A stretch of DNA of 63,534 bases, filler included, from Octopus bimaculoides (Eukaryota): NCBI RefSeq assembly GCF_001194135.2. It is 4 parts of 4 records of this genome, joined end to end, with 100 filler letters (N's around TTAATTAATTAA, not from the genome) between each part and the next. Parts side by side here need not be neighbours in the genome. Positions count along the whole stretch, not along the records: positions 21,492 to 50,148 come from NC_069006.1; positions 50,249 to 62,185 come from NC_068997.1; 2 more parts are not named here. The stretch is one strand, 5' to 3'. Of the stretch, positions 38,445 to 50,452 are shown piece by piece. The number at the start of each line of letters is the position of its first letter. Position 1 is the stretch's first letter. The notes under the pieces were generated by a model. That model saw only the letters and a list, made by a program, of their open reading frames with translations. It was not told the origin of the DNA and did no database searches. The position numbers and the translations under genes are program-made.

Positions 38445-38608
38445 CAGGAGTGGCTGTGTGGTAAGTAGCTAGCTTACCAGCCACATGGTCGCGGGTTCAT
38501 TCCCACTGCGTGCCACCTTAGGCAAGTGTCTTCTACTATAGCCTCGGGCCGACTAAAGCCTTGAGAGTGGATTTGGTAGACGGAAACTGAAAGAAGCCCC
38601 TCGTGTAT
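38445..38608 (+). mobile_element. SINE group A 5' half (runs into gap)
   Basis: CAGGAGTGGCTGTGTGGTAAG..GAAAGAAGCCC. Confidence 0.9.
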
Positions 38609-39029
38609 NNNNNNNNNNNNNNNNNNNNNNNNNNNNNNNNNNNNNNNNNNNNNNNNNNNNNNNNNNNNNNNNNNNNNNNNNNNNNNNNNNNNNNNNNNNN
38701 NNNNNNNNNNNNNNNNNNNNNNNNNNNNNNNNNNNNNNNNNNNNNNNNNNNNNNNNNNNNNNNNNNNNNNNNNNNNNNNNNNNNNNNNNNNNNNNNNNNN
38801 NNNNNNNNNNNNNNNNNNNNNNNNNNNNNNNNNNNNNNNNNNNNNNNNNNNNNNNNNNNNNNNNNNNNNNNNNNNNNNNNNNNNNNNNNNNNNNNNNNNN
38901 NNNNNNNNNNNNNNNNNNNNNNNNNNNNNNNNNNNNNNNNNTATACTTTAACCATGTAACACAAGCCTTCTGTAGTTTTTTCACTCTTATCTTTTATACA
39001 TCCAACCACGTGCTTTCACATACCAACTT

Positions 39030-39067
<38 letters not shown>

Positions 39068-39084
39068 ACGTGTGTATATGTTTG

Positions 39085-39292
39085 TGTGTCTGTGTTTGTC
39101 CCCCCAACATCGCTTGACAACCGATGGTGGTGTGTTTACGTCCACGTAACTTAGTGGTTCGGCAAAAGAGACCGATAGAATAAGTACTAGGCTTCCAAAG
39201 AATTAGTCCTGAGTTCGATTTGCTCGACTAAAGGCGGTGCTCCAGCATGGCCGCAGTCAAATGACTGAAACAAGTAAAAGAGTAAAAGAGAG
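39085..39292 (+). mobile_element. SINE group A 3' half
   Basis: GTTTGTCCCCCCAACATCGCTTGAC..TAAAAGAGTAAAAGAGAG. Confidence 0.9.
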
Positions 39293-39309
39293 TAATCCGA
39301 GTAAACTAT

Positions 39310-40123
39310 AAGTTCTCTGTAACTTACACCAGGCTAAAGATAATGCTTTGGTTAGTAGCATTCGTTTTTTAGATAGTTCGATTGTTCTCAACTTACCAAT
39401 GGACAGATTGAGTAAACCTATCAATAACGAACCTATAATTATTACAGGAAACAGCTGTAAGTCAAATTGACAATTATTTATTCCTTGTCTGATCTATCTA
39501 TCTATCTATCTACATAGTGAATAGATAGGGATAATATAGCCAGGTGGGTACCATTCAAACGTTCTAGCAAAATCCAACGACTTGGATTATACTAGGACTA
39601 TTCGAGTTTAACAATACCAATGTATTTCTATCGATAGGAGAATTTCTTTCGATTGGTTCGCTTCACTGGAAGATGAACATTTTAATGAGTGGATGTCCAA
39701 GATAGCTCAAATAAATAAGGAGGATCATACCTTTACACAGTTTTTATTATTAAAGTTATTTATACAGTATATTTAATTTAAATCTCTGTCCGACACGTGT
39801 TTCTGTTATATATATATAATCATAAATATACAGGGATTAGCAATTGAGTTGCTTCTCCAACATACTGAAAAATTTAGAAATAGCAGTCAAAGAACTACTG
39901 ATTCCAAACTACAAATTTTTCTCTAAAGCGGATGGCGATATTTATGGCACACATAGAACAAAAAACCGGAGGGAAAAGCGTAAACAAACCAAGCCTTTAG
40001 TTAATTGGATACGAATCGTTTCATGGTTAAGTGAATGGAAATTTCACTATTCCAATCTTCAGCCCAAATATTCTGATAAATTTGAAAGTGTCTCTAAAAA
40101 AATTCACGGTAATTTTTGGCCAT
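39310..40123 (+). pseudogene. possible relic of protein-primed family-B DNA polymerase (Polinton/Maverick-like)
   Basis: SSIRFLDSSIVLNLPMDRLSK resembles the exonuclease-II-adjacent FxDS motif of pPolB; a later 93-codon open stretch is only weakly compatible. Confidence 0.3.
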
Positions 40124-41309
40124 NNNNNNNNNNNNNNNNNNNNNNNNNNNNNNNNNNNNNNNNNNNNNNNNNNNNNNNNNNNNNNNNNNNNNNNNNNNNN
40201 NNNNNNNNNNNNNNNNNNNNNNNNNNNNNNNNNNNNNNNNNNNNNNNNNNNNNNNNNNNNNNNNNNNNNNNNNNNNNNNNNNNNNNNNNNNNNNNNNNNN
40301 NNNNNNNNNNNNNNNNNNNNNNNNNNNNNNNNNNNNNNNNNNNNNNNNNNNNNNNNNNNNNNNNNNNNNNNNNNNNNNNNNNNNNNNNNNNNNNNNNNNN
40401 NNNNNNNNNNNNNNNNNNNNNNNNNNNNNNNNNNNNNNNNNNNNNNNNNNNNNNNNNNNNNNNNNNNNNNNNNNNNNNNNNNNNNNNNNNNNNNNNNNNN
40501 NNNNNNNNNNNNNNNNNNNNNNNNNNNNNNNNNNNNNNNNNNNNNNNNNNNNNNNNNNNNNNNNNNNNNNNNNNNNNNNNNNNNNNNNNNNNNNNNNNNN
40601 NNNNNNNNNNNNNNNNNNNNNNNNNNNNNNNNNNNNNNNNNNNNNNNNNNNNNNNNNNNNNNNNNNNNNNNNNNNNNNNNNNNNNNNNNNNNNNNNNNNN
40701 NNNNNNNNNNNNNNNNNNNNNNNNNNNNNNNNNNNNNNNNNNNNNNNNNNNNNNNNNNNNNNNNNNNNNNNNNNNNNNNNNNNNNNNNNNNNNNNNNNNN
40801 NNNNNNNNNNNNNNNNNNNNNNNNNNNNNNNNNNNNNNNNNNNNNNNNNNNNNNNNNNNNNNNNNNNNNNNNNNNNNNNNNNNNNNNNNNNNNNNNNNNN
40901 NNNNNNNNNNNNNNNNNNNNNNNNNNNNNNNNNNNNNNNNNNNNNNNNNNNNNNNNNNNNNNNNNNNNNNNNNNNNNNNNNNNNNNNNNNNNNNNNNNNN
41001 NNNNNNNNNNNNNNNNNNNNNNNNNNNNNNNNNNNNNNNNNNNNNNNNNNNNNNNNNNNNNNNNNNNNNNNNNNNNNNNNNNNNNNNNNNNNNNNNNNNN
41101 NNNNNNTATATATATTATACATACATAAATATACACGAATAGATATGATATATATATATATATATATTATACATACATAAATATACACGAATAGATATGA
41201 TGTATATATACATATATATACACATACACATAAGCGTACACACAGATATATATTCTGCGCACAGATATATCTGAGTGCTTGTGTGAGTATGTCTGTATAT
41301 GCTTTTTTC

Positions 41310-41367
<58 letters not shown>

Positions 41368-41519
41368 NNNNNNNNNNNNNNNNNNNNNNNNNNNNNNNNN
41401 NNNNNNNNNNNNNNNNNNNNNNNNNNNNNNNNNNNNNNNNNNNNNNNNNNNNNNNNNNNNNNNNNNNNNNNNNNNNNNNNNNNNNNNNNNNNNNNNNNNN
41501 NNNNNNNNNNNNNNNNNNN

Positions 41520-41580
<61 letters not shown>

Positions 41581-42153
41581 GTGCGTGCTAGCTACGCATA
41601 TGCTACAGACACACACACACACACACACACGAACATATCCACAAATGTCTGTATACGCACAAGTGTTTAAACTAACACGCACGCACACATATAGAAAGAT
41701 GGAAAGAGAGAGCGAGAAAGAGACTTATTGAGACAGAAATGTTTATCTATGTATACGTGTGTGTATATATATATATATGTGTGTGTTTGTGTGTGTATGT
41801 ATGTATACATACATATATGTATATATATATATATTTATATATATATATATATATATATATNNNNNNNNNNNNNNNNNNNNNNNNNNNNNNNNNNNNNNNN
41901 NNNNNNNNNNNNNNNNNNNNNNNNNNNNNNNNNNNNNNNNNNNNNNNNNNNNNNNNNNNNNNNNNNNNNNNNNNNNNNNNNNNNNNNNNNNNNNNNNNNN
42001 NNNNNNNNNNNNNNNNNNNNNNNNNNNNNNNNNNNNNNNNNNNNNNNNNNNNNNNNNNNNNNNNNNNNNNNNNNNNNNNNNNNNNNNNNNNNNNNNNNNN
42101 NNNNNNNNNNNNNNNNNNNNNNNNNNNNNNNNNNNNNNNNNNNNNNNNNNNNN

Positions 42154-42375
42154 TATTCTAGAGTACGTTCTGTCTTGTCTTCGAAACGTCTAGATAGAAT
42201 AGAGACAGCTGATGAAGGGATATTCCAAGTGGCTTTCCGTTTTCCTATGTGTTCGTTCCGTTGTCTGTAGTTTATTGTTCTAACGTCCTGTACCCTGATA
42301 TGCATGTATATACACATGTAGATGTAAGTATGTACATATATGTGTGTATACATGTATATATATTCTTTGTATTAT
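42154..42375 (+). mobile_element. short TA-embedded repeat (family H3), most complete copy
   Basis: CGAAACGTC at 42182-42190, CTGATGAAGGGATATTCC from 42209; homologous to the 32369 and 50250 copies. Confidence 0.85.
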
Positions 42376-42491
42376 ATATATATATATGTATATATGTGTA
42401 CATACATGCATATAACTATGCATACATACTTGCATGCTACAATATGCATGCATATACGCATATATTCATGCATACACTACTGCATCTATGC

Positions 42492-42527
<36 letters not shown>

Positions 42528-42544
42528 GAATATATTTATGTGTG

Positions 42545-42678
42545 TGTTTTTGTGTCTGTGCTTGTCCACCCACAATCGCTTGACATGAATAAATCCTGGC
42601 ATCGAATTTTTCGACTAAAAACTTTTTAAGGCGGTGCTCCAGCATGACCGCAGCCAATTGACCGAAACAAGTAAAAAA
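42545..42678 (+). mobile_element. SINE group A 3' part with internal deletion
   Basis: AATCGCTTGACA joined to GAATAAATCCTGG..GGCGGTGCTCCAGCATG..GAAACAAGTAAAA. Confidence 0.75.
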
Positions 42679-43292
42679 AAAATGAAATAAGAAAAGACAA
42701 AGGCGACACAGACATGCACGCACACATATGCATGTACATGCACACATACACAAATAAACACATACACACACACACACAAACGCTCACACGCCTGATAAGG
42801 ATGACACAGAAGACACGTAATCCCACAAGAACCCGGTTCTATTCGCACCAAGACGCACGTGTCACACAATCTGCTTGCCAATCCACTGATGTCAGTGTTA
42901 AAATTAGGGTAACAGTTTGGGGTACATAATAGAGTTATGCAACCCCACTGCGAAAATAACAAAAGTGTATTCATCATTTGTGATTGATTCATCATTAGAA
43001 TTGTCATAAAACCGAAAAACTAGGATTTGGGATTCTGCTGCCGGCGTCTGATAATTCCGCAACACCTCATACGCAGGATATCGTGGGGATATTAAAAACA
43101 AAATTCTTAAATGGGTTGTCATTTTATCTAAAATCTACGATGATCGAATGGACATGTGATCGAACAATCTCCAGTCGTGCACAATCTCGGCATATGTAAC
43201 TGGTATCAAGAAATACGCCATCTAAAACTTCATTAATGTTATTATATATATACATACACATACATATTTGTATGAATCTCTCTTTCTCTCTA

Positions 43293-43337
<45 letters not shown>

Positions 43338-44132
43338 NNNNNNNNNNNNNNNNNNNNNNNNNNNNNNNNNNNNNNNNNNNNNNNNNNNNNNNNNNNNNNN
43401 NNNNNNNNNNNNNNNNNNNNNNNNNNNNNNNNNNNNNNNNNNNNNNNNNNNNNNNNNNNNNNNNNNNNNNNNNNNNNNNNNNNNNNNNNNNNNNNNNNNN
43501 NNNNNNNNNNNNNNNNNNNNNNNNNNNNNNNNNNNNNNNNNNNNNNNNNNNNNNNNNNNNNNNNNNNNNNNNNNNNNNNNNNNNNNNNNNNNNNNNNNNN
43601 NNNNNNNNNNNNNNNNNNNNNNNNNNNNNNNNNNNNNNNNNNNNNNNNNNNNNNNNNNNNNNNNNNNNNNNNNNNNNNNNNNNNNNNNNNNNNNNNNNNN
43701 NNNNNNNNNNNNNNNNNNNNNNNNNNNNNNNNNNNNNNNNNNNNNNNNNNNNNNNNNNNNNNNNNNNNNNNNNNNNNNNNNNNNNNNNNNNNNNNNNNNN
43801 NNNNNNNNNNNNNNNNNNNNNNNNNNNNNNNNNNNNNNNNNNNNNNNNNNNNNNNNNNNNNNNNNNNNNNNNNNNNNNNNNNNNNNNNNNNNNNNNNNNN
43901 NNNNNNNNNNNNNNNNNNNNNNNNNNNNNNNNNNNNNNNNNNNNNNNNNNNNNNNNNNNNNNNNNNNNNNNNNNNNNNNNNNNNNNNNNNNNNNNNNNNN
44001 NNNNNNNNNNNNNNNNNNNNNNNNNNNNNNNNNNNNNNNNNNNNNNNNNNNNNNNNNNNNNNNNNNNNNNNNNNNNNNNNNNNNNNNNNNNNNNTATATA
44101 TATATATATATATATATAATAAAATAAAATAA

Positions 44133-44370
44133 ATGCGCCCTTTTAAAGCCTAGCCAGGCTCATGGGCCCGGTTTCGCGATTTCAATGGCGTATGAGTAAT
44201 GCTGCGATGGACTCATCGCAGCATTACTCATTTTTGCCAGCTGAGTGGACTAGAACAACGTGAAAGGAAGTGTTTTGCTCGAGAACACAACGCGTCGCCC
44301 GGTCTAGGAATCGAAACCACAATCTTACGATCATGATGCTGACACCCTAACCACTAAGCCACGCGCCTCC
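44133..44370 (-). mobile_element. SINE group B (GGCTAGGCTTTAAAAGGGCGCAT tail type)
   Basis: near-identical to 7655-7883 with complete head GGAGGCGCGTGGCTTAGTGGTTAG. Confidence 0.9.
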
Positions 44371-44544
44371 ACACACACATAAATATGCGTGTGTATGTGT
44401 GTGTATGTGTGTGTGTGTGTGTGTGTGTAGATTGATAAATAGATAGATAGATATACACATACATGTATGTATATATATGAAAGGGTGTACATATCTGTCC
44501 TATTAGCTAGCTATTTCTATGTGCGTGTGTATATGTGTTCGTAG

Positions 44545-44697
44545 GCGAGTGCGTAACTTTGATGTGCCAACCACACTACTTAGCACCGTGTATTGATTTG
44601 TTTACGCACCTGTAACTTAGCGCTTCGCCAAAAGAAGAAATAGAATAGTTAACAGGCTTTAAACTAATAAACCGCAGTCCAATTGCTTAAACAAATA
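44545..44697 (+). mobile_element. old SINE group A 3' part
   Basis: GTTTACGCACCTGTAACTTAGCGCTTCGCCAAAAG..AGAATAG. Confidence 0.55.
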
Positions 44698-45574
44698 AGT
44701 TGACATACATACATGGGTACTTATATGCATACGTACGTATGTATGCATGTATGTATATATATATATATGTATGTGTGTGTTGGTATGTATGTATGTATAT
44801 AAATTGATCAGATAAGAGAAGTGAAATGAGAGAATAGATGTTTATTCCATTAACCGTGTATGTATGTATGTACGTATGTATGTATGTATGTACGTATGTA
44901 TGTATGTATGTATGTATGTATTTATGTGATGAGGGTTGAGACGCTTCTGTCGTCGTCGTCGTCGTCATCGTTGTTGTTGTTGTTGTTGTCGTTGCTGCTA
45001 GCTGTTGAGATATTTGTGTCGATGGTGCAGCCACCAACACCAACATCTTCAAACGTAAATACAAAAAGAAGACCCCACAAAAACACAAAACAAAATATAA
45101 AAATGGTATCAGTAAGAAAAATAACAGAGAAAATGAGACCAAAGAAAAAGTTTAAAATATATAACGAAGCAGTAACGCACAGAGGCACAGACAGAAAAGA
45201 ACAGACAGACATACGCACACAGCTATTTGTACCGAAACCGAGCATAAACATCAACATCAATAAGACGAATAACAATACAAAATTTAGGACGAGTTTCCGT
45301 ATTGTACGTATTATTGTTGTTATTATCGTTGTTGTTGTTGAGTAGTGGTGGTGGCGGTGAGGGGAGCAGTGGAAGTTATATGTGTGTACGGCGCGGTTAG
45401 GGACAGGGAACGAAGGGTAACTAGTAGAAAATTTTCTGCTTCATTTTTCTTCCTTTCTCTCTCACGCACTTTCAACCCTTCCCTCATCACTGTATATTTC
45501 TCTTTTTTTTTGTACAACTCTCTTTCCCCTCACCATCTCTCTTTTTCTCTCTCCCTCTCTTTGTTTCTCTCTCC

Positions 45575-45615
<41 letters not shown>

Positions 45616-45891
45616 TTTCTCTTTCCTTTTGTCATTTGACTGAAGGTGATTTCGTAGTAATTGTGTCACAGTTTCAAGATGGCCGATGAAAATGAGGACA
45701 CTCATGCTCGTGTGTGCACGTATGCACACATATTCAGACACACATACACACAAACTTTCCTATACACACACATACCATCTCTCCAGCCCATATCCGAATA
45801 CCAACACAATTTTTCTCACACGATAACGCTAACGAACATATATACATACATACATACGTACATACCTATATTATTCACGTATGTATGTGTT

Positions 45892-45924
<33 letters not shown>

Positions 45925-46026
45925 GTCTCTATCTGTCTATCTATCTATGTCTCTATCTGTCTATCTTTCTGTCTGTCTATCTATCTATTTCTGTATCTAT
46001 CTAGCTCTCTACCAATATATACATAT

Positions 46027-46074
<48 letters not shown>

Positions 46075-46900
46075 ATATATGCTCTCTTTCCTCTCCTCTA
46101 TGTGTATGTACATATATACATTTACACAACATAAGGGCATACACATATGCACGCACGTTTCTTTATGTGTGTAAATACAGATACACAAATGTATATACGT
46201 GCGTATATATATGTATGCATGTTTTTCACACATAATTGTGCTTGTGTATATAAGTACGTACAGATATGTGTGTCAGTCGGATCGCAAGGAATCCCCACTC
46301 AAAACAGGTCATTATCCTCGGGGCCTGTTCCGTTCAATTCTCCAGATCATGCGAAGGTGCAATCGTGTTCGGTTATGTGAATGGCTGCCTGCATGTATAA
46401 AAATACTCACGCACGCCCCTCTGTGCCCATGCACATAGGTGTGTATGTGTATGTATACGTGTGTATGTATACGTGTGTGTTAGTGTGCTAGCATAAATAT
46501 ATACGTATCGATATGGGTATTTTTTATTGTACATATTTTCGTTTATCTGCGTGTGTGACCTAACGTCGTTTCGCATGTGAAAATGACTACGTATTTACGT
46601 GCATTTAGCATGTTTGGTTGTGTATGCATATGAAGCTATATGCCCGATACTTGTGTCGTCTGTGAATATATCCGAATGTGGGTTCATAATGTATTTGTTG
46701 ACATGGTCGTCGTCATCGTTGTTTTTTGTTATCGTGAGTGTGTGGTATGCGTTCGAGCCTAAAGTTGTACGTGTTTATATATATTTTGATTTTAATCACC
46801 TTACTCTGAAATTGTATGGATAATACCGTACTAAATTCAGGTGCCTAAACTTAAGTAACAAATTCACCTGAACCTATATATATATAAATTTATATAAATA

Positions 46901-47197
46901 AGGATGAGATCGTTATTTAAAATACCGATCAAAGCAAGTGGCTAGCATGAGAATAAAAACCTCATAGGTAATAATTATTATTAAAAATTATTAAAATTAT
47001 AATTAAGCGTATCTAAAAGAAACCATCATGCAAGAGATAGCAGTCAAAACTTGACTCTAAAAACCACATCAAATATTCATACAGCACCAGGAGAGAAGAC
47101 AAAGAGACAAAATAAACTTGCAAAAAATTATTGGATAATTTAGATACCGGATTTCTGGCTTTGCATTAGAAATGCTTTGCCTCATCAGTGGAATATA
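46901..47197 (-). mobile_element. short TA-flanked repeat (family H2), ~300 bp, hammerhead-like motif at 47138-47195
   Basis: flanked by (TA)n on both sides; homologous pieces at 29660-29849 and 48346-48426. Confidence 0.75.
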
Positions 47198-47218
47198 CAC
47201 ACAAAATAGAACATAAAT

Positions 47219-47260
<42 letters not shown>

Positions 47261-47405
47261 CAACATACGAATACTTACATAAACGCACGTATACATTATA
47301 TTCACTGCGGTGGTATTTTGACTATGTAGCACGTGGAGTTTAGGCGGGCAATTTAAACTGGTCGTGTGCATACGTGCATATATATGTATGTATATCTATC
47401 TATCG

Positions 47406-47616
47406 ATGTGGGGACAAACACAAGCAGACGCAAAGTCAAACACACACACACACACATATATACGACGGTCTTGTTTCAGTTTCTGTCTAACACTTTGTCT
47501 AACACTTTGGTTGGTTATAGTAGTAGATACTTGCCCAAGGTACCTTGCAGCGGGACTGAAACGGGAACCATGTGGTTGAGAATCAAGCTTCTTACTACAC
47601 AGCCACACCTGCGCCT
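47406..47616 (-). mobile_element. SINE group A, 5' two-thirds
   Basis: reverse complement AGGCGCAGGTGTGGCTGTGTAGTAAG..CCTTGGGCAAGT..GAAACTGAAAC. Confidence 0.8.
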
Positions 47617-47667
<51 letters not shown>

Positions 47668-48345
47668 TGTTTATGCATATATGTACACATATACGTACAT
47701 ATACATTTGCACACATACACACACACATACACGCACACACACACACACATACACACACACATACACAGACGCATGCGCATTTGCCTTCTGCCATCTTCTA
47801 CTGCACAAGCTGTGACACTTCACAGCTCTAACGACGTCAAAAGCAGACTCAGTGAACTTGACCCCCACCACACAAACCTTTCACCTTTGACCTCATTTCC
47901 CTCTACACACCATCGTATTTTCTCTCGCAGCAGTCGAACTAATGACTCGGCCCTCATAATTTCTTGCGGGCTTCTCGTGTTTCGGTTTCATGTTTTTGTA
48001 CTCCTGACCTTCGTTCCTGAATAACGTCTTTCATTTTGGTTAATTCCACACATTAACAGAATCGCGAGAAGCAATGAGGTCAAATCTATCAGGTTTTTTT
48101 CTAACCATTGCATATATAGACACCAAATAATAATGCTTTGTGCGTTTAACACTTAGCACTCTCCTCTCAGTTCCTCCAGCTCTATAATTGACATCCACAC
48201 GCTAACTTCACACGTAAAGGCAAACAACATATATATATATATANNNNNNNNNNNNNNNNNNNNNNNNNNNNNNNNNNNNNNNNNNNNNNNNNNNNNNNNN
48301 NNNNNNNNNNNNNNNNNNNNNNNNNNNNNNNNNNNNNNNNNNNNN

Positions 48346-48426
48346 NTAATTGTAACCTTGATGGTTTTTATTCCCATGCTGGCCACTTGATAAAATCAAT
48401 ATTTTAAATATCGATCTTATCCTTAT
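48346..48426 (+). mobile_element. family H2 fragment (opposite orientation to 46901-46975)
   Basis: reverse complement AGGATAAGATCGATATTTAAAATA..CAAGTGGCCAGCATGGGAATAAAAACC. Confidence 0.7.
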
Positions 48427-48438
48427 ATATATATAAAT

Positions 48439-48606
48439 AAACAAACGAAGTTTGCTTTTTTTTTTTTTAGAAGTGTTGAGATGTCTTTTTTTTAGAAAGT
48501 TAAAGAAGTGATTTTTTAAAATTCTCAATCGCAGAATAATGCTAATAATATAGCCTGAACAGGATAAACTACCCCTATTTTGCAGAGAAAAGTGTAGGTG
48601 ACTAGC
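48439..48606. repeat. direct copy of 32611-32765
   Basis: collinear, differing mainly in T-run lengths. Confidence 0.9.
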
Positions 48607-48934
48607 TGTGGACTCACATCCCCGTGATTATATGTCACGATGCTTTGACCGATTAAGCTAAACTACCCACTACAGAATCCTCTGCAAATTAAGATATATA
48701 AATCTCGCTTTATGAGACGCTCTCATATGTTTAATTCAAATTACGACAATCGTAAATAAACAGACGATATATATATAGTAAATTTACATCAACAACGTCA
48801 GAGACTTCGACATGGAACGTCTCAATAACACCTGACCTTCCTCTCTCGTTTGCTTCCTTTCCTCTTGTTTGTCTGTCTGTCTGTAAATATATCTACTTAT
48901 CCATCCATCCATCTATCTATCTATCTATCTATCT

Positions 48935-49008
48935 GGGGTCGGTGTAATCGACTGGACCTCTTCACACAAAATTTCAGACCTTGTGTCTATAGTAGAAAGG
49001 AGTATTAT
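48935..49008 (+). mobile_element. SINE group C 3' part
   Basis: GGGGTCGGTGTAATCGACTGG..CTTGTGTCTATAGTAGAAAG matches 21200-21271. Confidence 0.7.
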
Positions 49009-49013
49009 TTTAT

Positions 49014-49336
49014 CAGTGGTTAGAGCGTCGAGTTTTACGATCGTGAGGTTGTGAGTTCGTTTCCCGGACCGGGCTGCGTGTTGTATTCTTGAGCAAGACA
49101 CTTCATTTCGCGTTGCTCCAATTGACTCAGCTGCAGAAATGAGTTGTGACGTTACTGGTGCCAAGCTGTATCGGACACTTTGCTTTCCCCTTGGATAACA
49201 CTGGTGGCGTGGAGAGAGGAGGCCGGTATGCATGGGCGACTGCTGGTATTCCATAAACAACCTTGCCCGGACTTGTCTCTGGAAGGGTAACTTTCTAGGT
49301 GCAATCCCATGGTCATTCATGACCGAAGGGGTGTCT
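49014..49336 (+). mobile_element. SINE group B (GACCGAAGGGG tail type)
   Basis: close match to 10936-11270. Confidence 0.9.
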
Positions 49337-49353
49337 CTTCCTATTTAAATTAA

Positions 49354-49503
49354 GGCGGTGACCTGACAGAATCGTACCCACGCCGGACATAATGTTTTAC
49401 ACCATTTCCTCTGGCTTTACATTCTGAGTTCAAAGGTCACCGATATCGGCTTTGTCCTTCTTCTCGGGGTCGATAAAATAAATATTAGTTGAGTACTGGG
49501 GTC
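49354..49503 (+). mobile_element. SINE group C 5' part, diverged
   Basis: GGCGGTGACCTGACAGAATCG..TTCTGAGTTCAAA..CGGGGTCGATAAAATAA..GAGTACTGGGGTC. Confidence 0.75.
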
Positions 49504-50036
49504 TATTGTTAATGTTGTTAATAACGAGTCTTTCATAATAAACCCTCGTGTTTCAGGCATTATATTTATAGTAAAAGTATTACCATTTCAATTTGCTTCG
49601 GGTCAAAAAAGCTTTCGTCGCTGAGTGAATAATGCGTGTACGTATATAAATGTAGGTTATGTAGATGTGTGTGTACGTATATGTATATATGTAGCAGTGT
49701 GTTCATCGACGTCTTTAAATGAGGACATGCACAGGCGCATGGTAATTGCGATTATGTATACAAAACTATACCTTAATATGTGATCAACCACAATATTTTT
49801 TTATCGCGTGTGAACGTACGAATGTGCACATACGAGAGTATTTCAAATACGGTGCATGTGTATATGTGCTGTGTGTGTTTGTTTGATGTCTGCAGTAGTA
49901 AAGTGTGTACTAATGTGATATGTCTGTCTCTGTGTGTGTGTGCGGATCGCGTGTCTTGCACATTTTTAATCAATGCACGCATGTGTGTTATGTTGGTCTA
50001 TTTGTGTAAGTCAATACGTGTTAGTTGTGCATGCAC

Positions 50037-50067
<31 letters not shown>

Positions 50068-50089
50068 GGGATATATATGTATATCTATA

Positions 50090-50148
<59 letters not shown>

Positions 50149-50248
50149 NNNNNNNNNNNNNNNNNNNNNNNNNNNNNNNNNNNNNNNNNNNNTTAATTAA
50201 TTAANNNNNNNNNNNNNNNNNNNNNNNNNNNNNNNNNNNNNNNNNNNN
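50149..50248. other. artificial scaffold join N44-TTAATTAATTAA-N44
   Basis: 12-mer at 50193-50204. Confidence 0.95.
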
Positions 50249-50249
50249 A

Positions 50250-50452
50250 TATATATATAATACAAAGAATATATATGCATGTATACACACATATATGTAC
50301 ATACTTACATCTACATATGTATATATATGCATATCAGGGTACAGGACGTTAGAACAAAGAACTACAGACAACGGAACGAACACATAGGAAAACGGAAAGC
50401 CACTTGGAATATTCCTTCATCAGCTGTCTCTATTCTAACTAGACGTTTCGAT
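50250..50452 (-). mobile_element. short TA-embedded repeat (family H3)
   Basis: reverse complement CGAAACGTCTAGTTAGAATAGAGACAGCTGATGAAGGAATATTCCAAGTGGC.. Confidence 0.85.

Noticed and set aside
41106-41200. ~52-bp tandem duplication at a gap edge
   Set aside because: AT-rich, abuts a gap; may be an overlap or assembly artefact
40094-41572. Longest ORFs in the track (also 8055-9589, 25056-26020, 43236-44132, 51092-52118)
   Set aside because: They consist mostly of N-gap X residues
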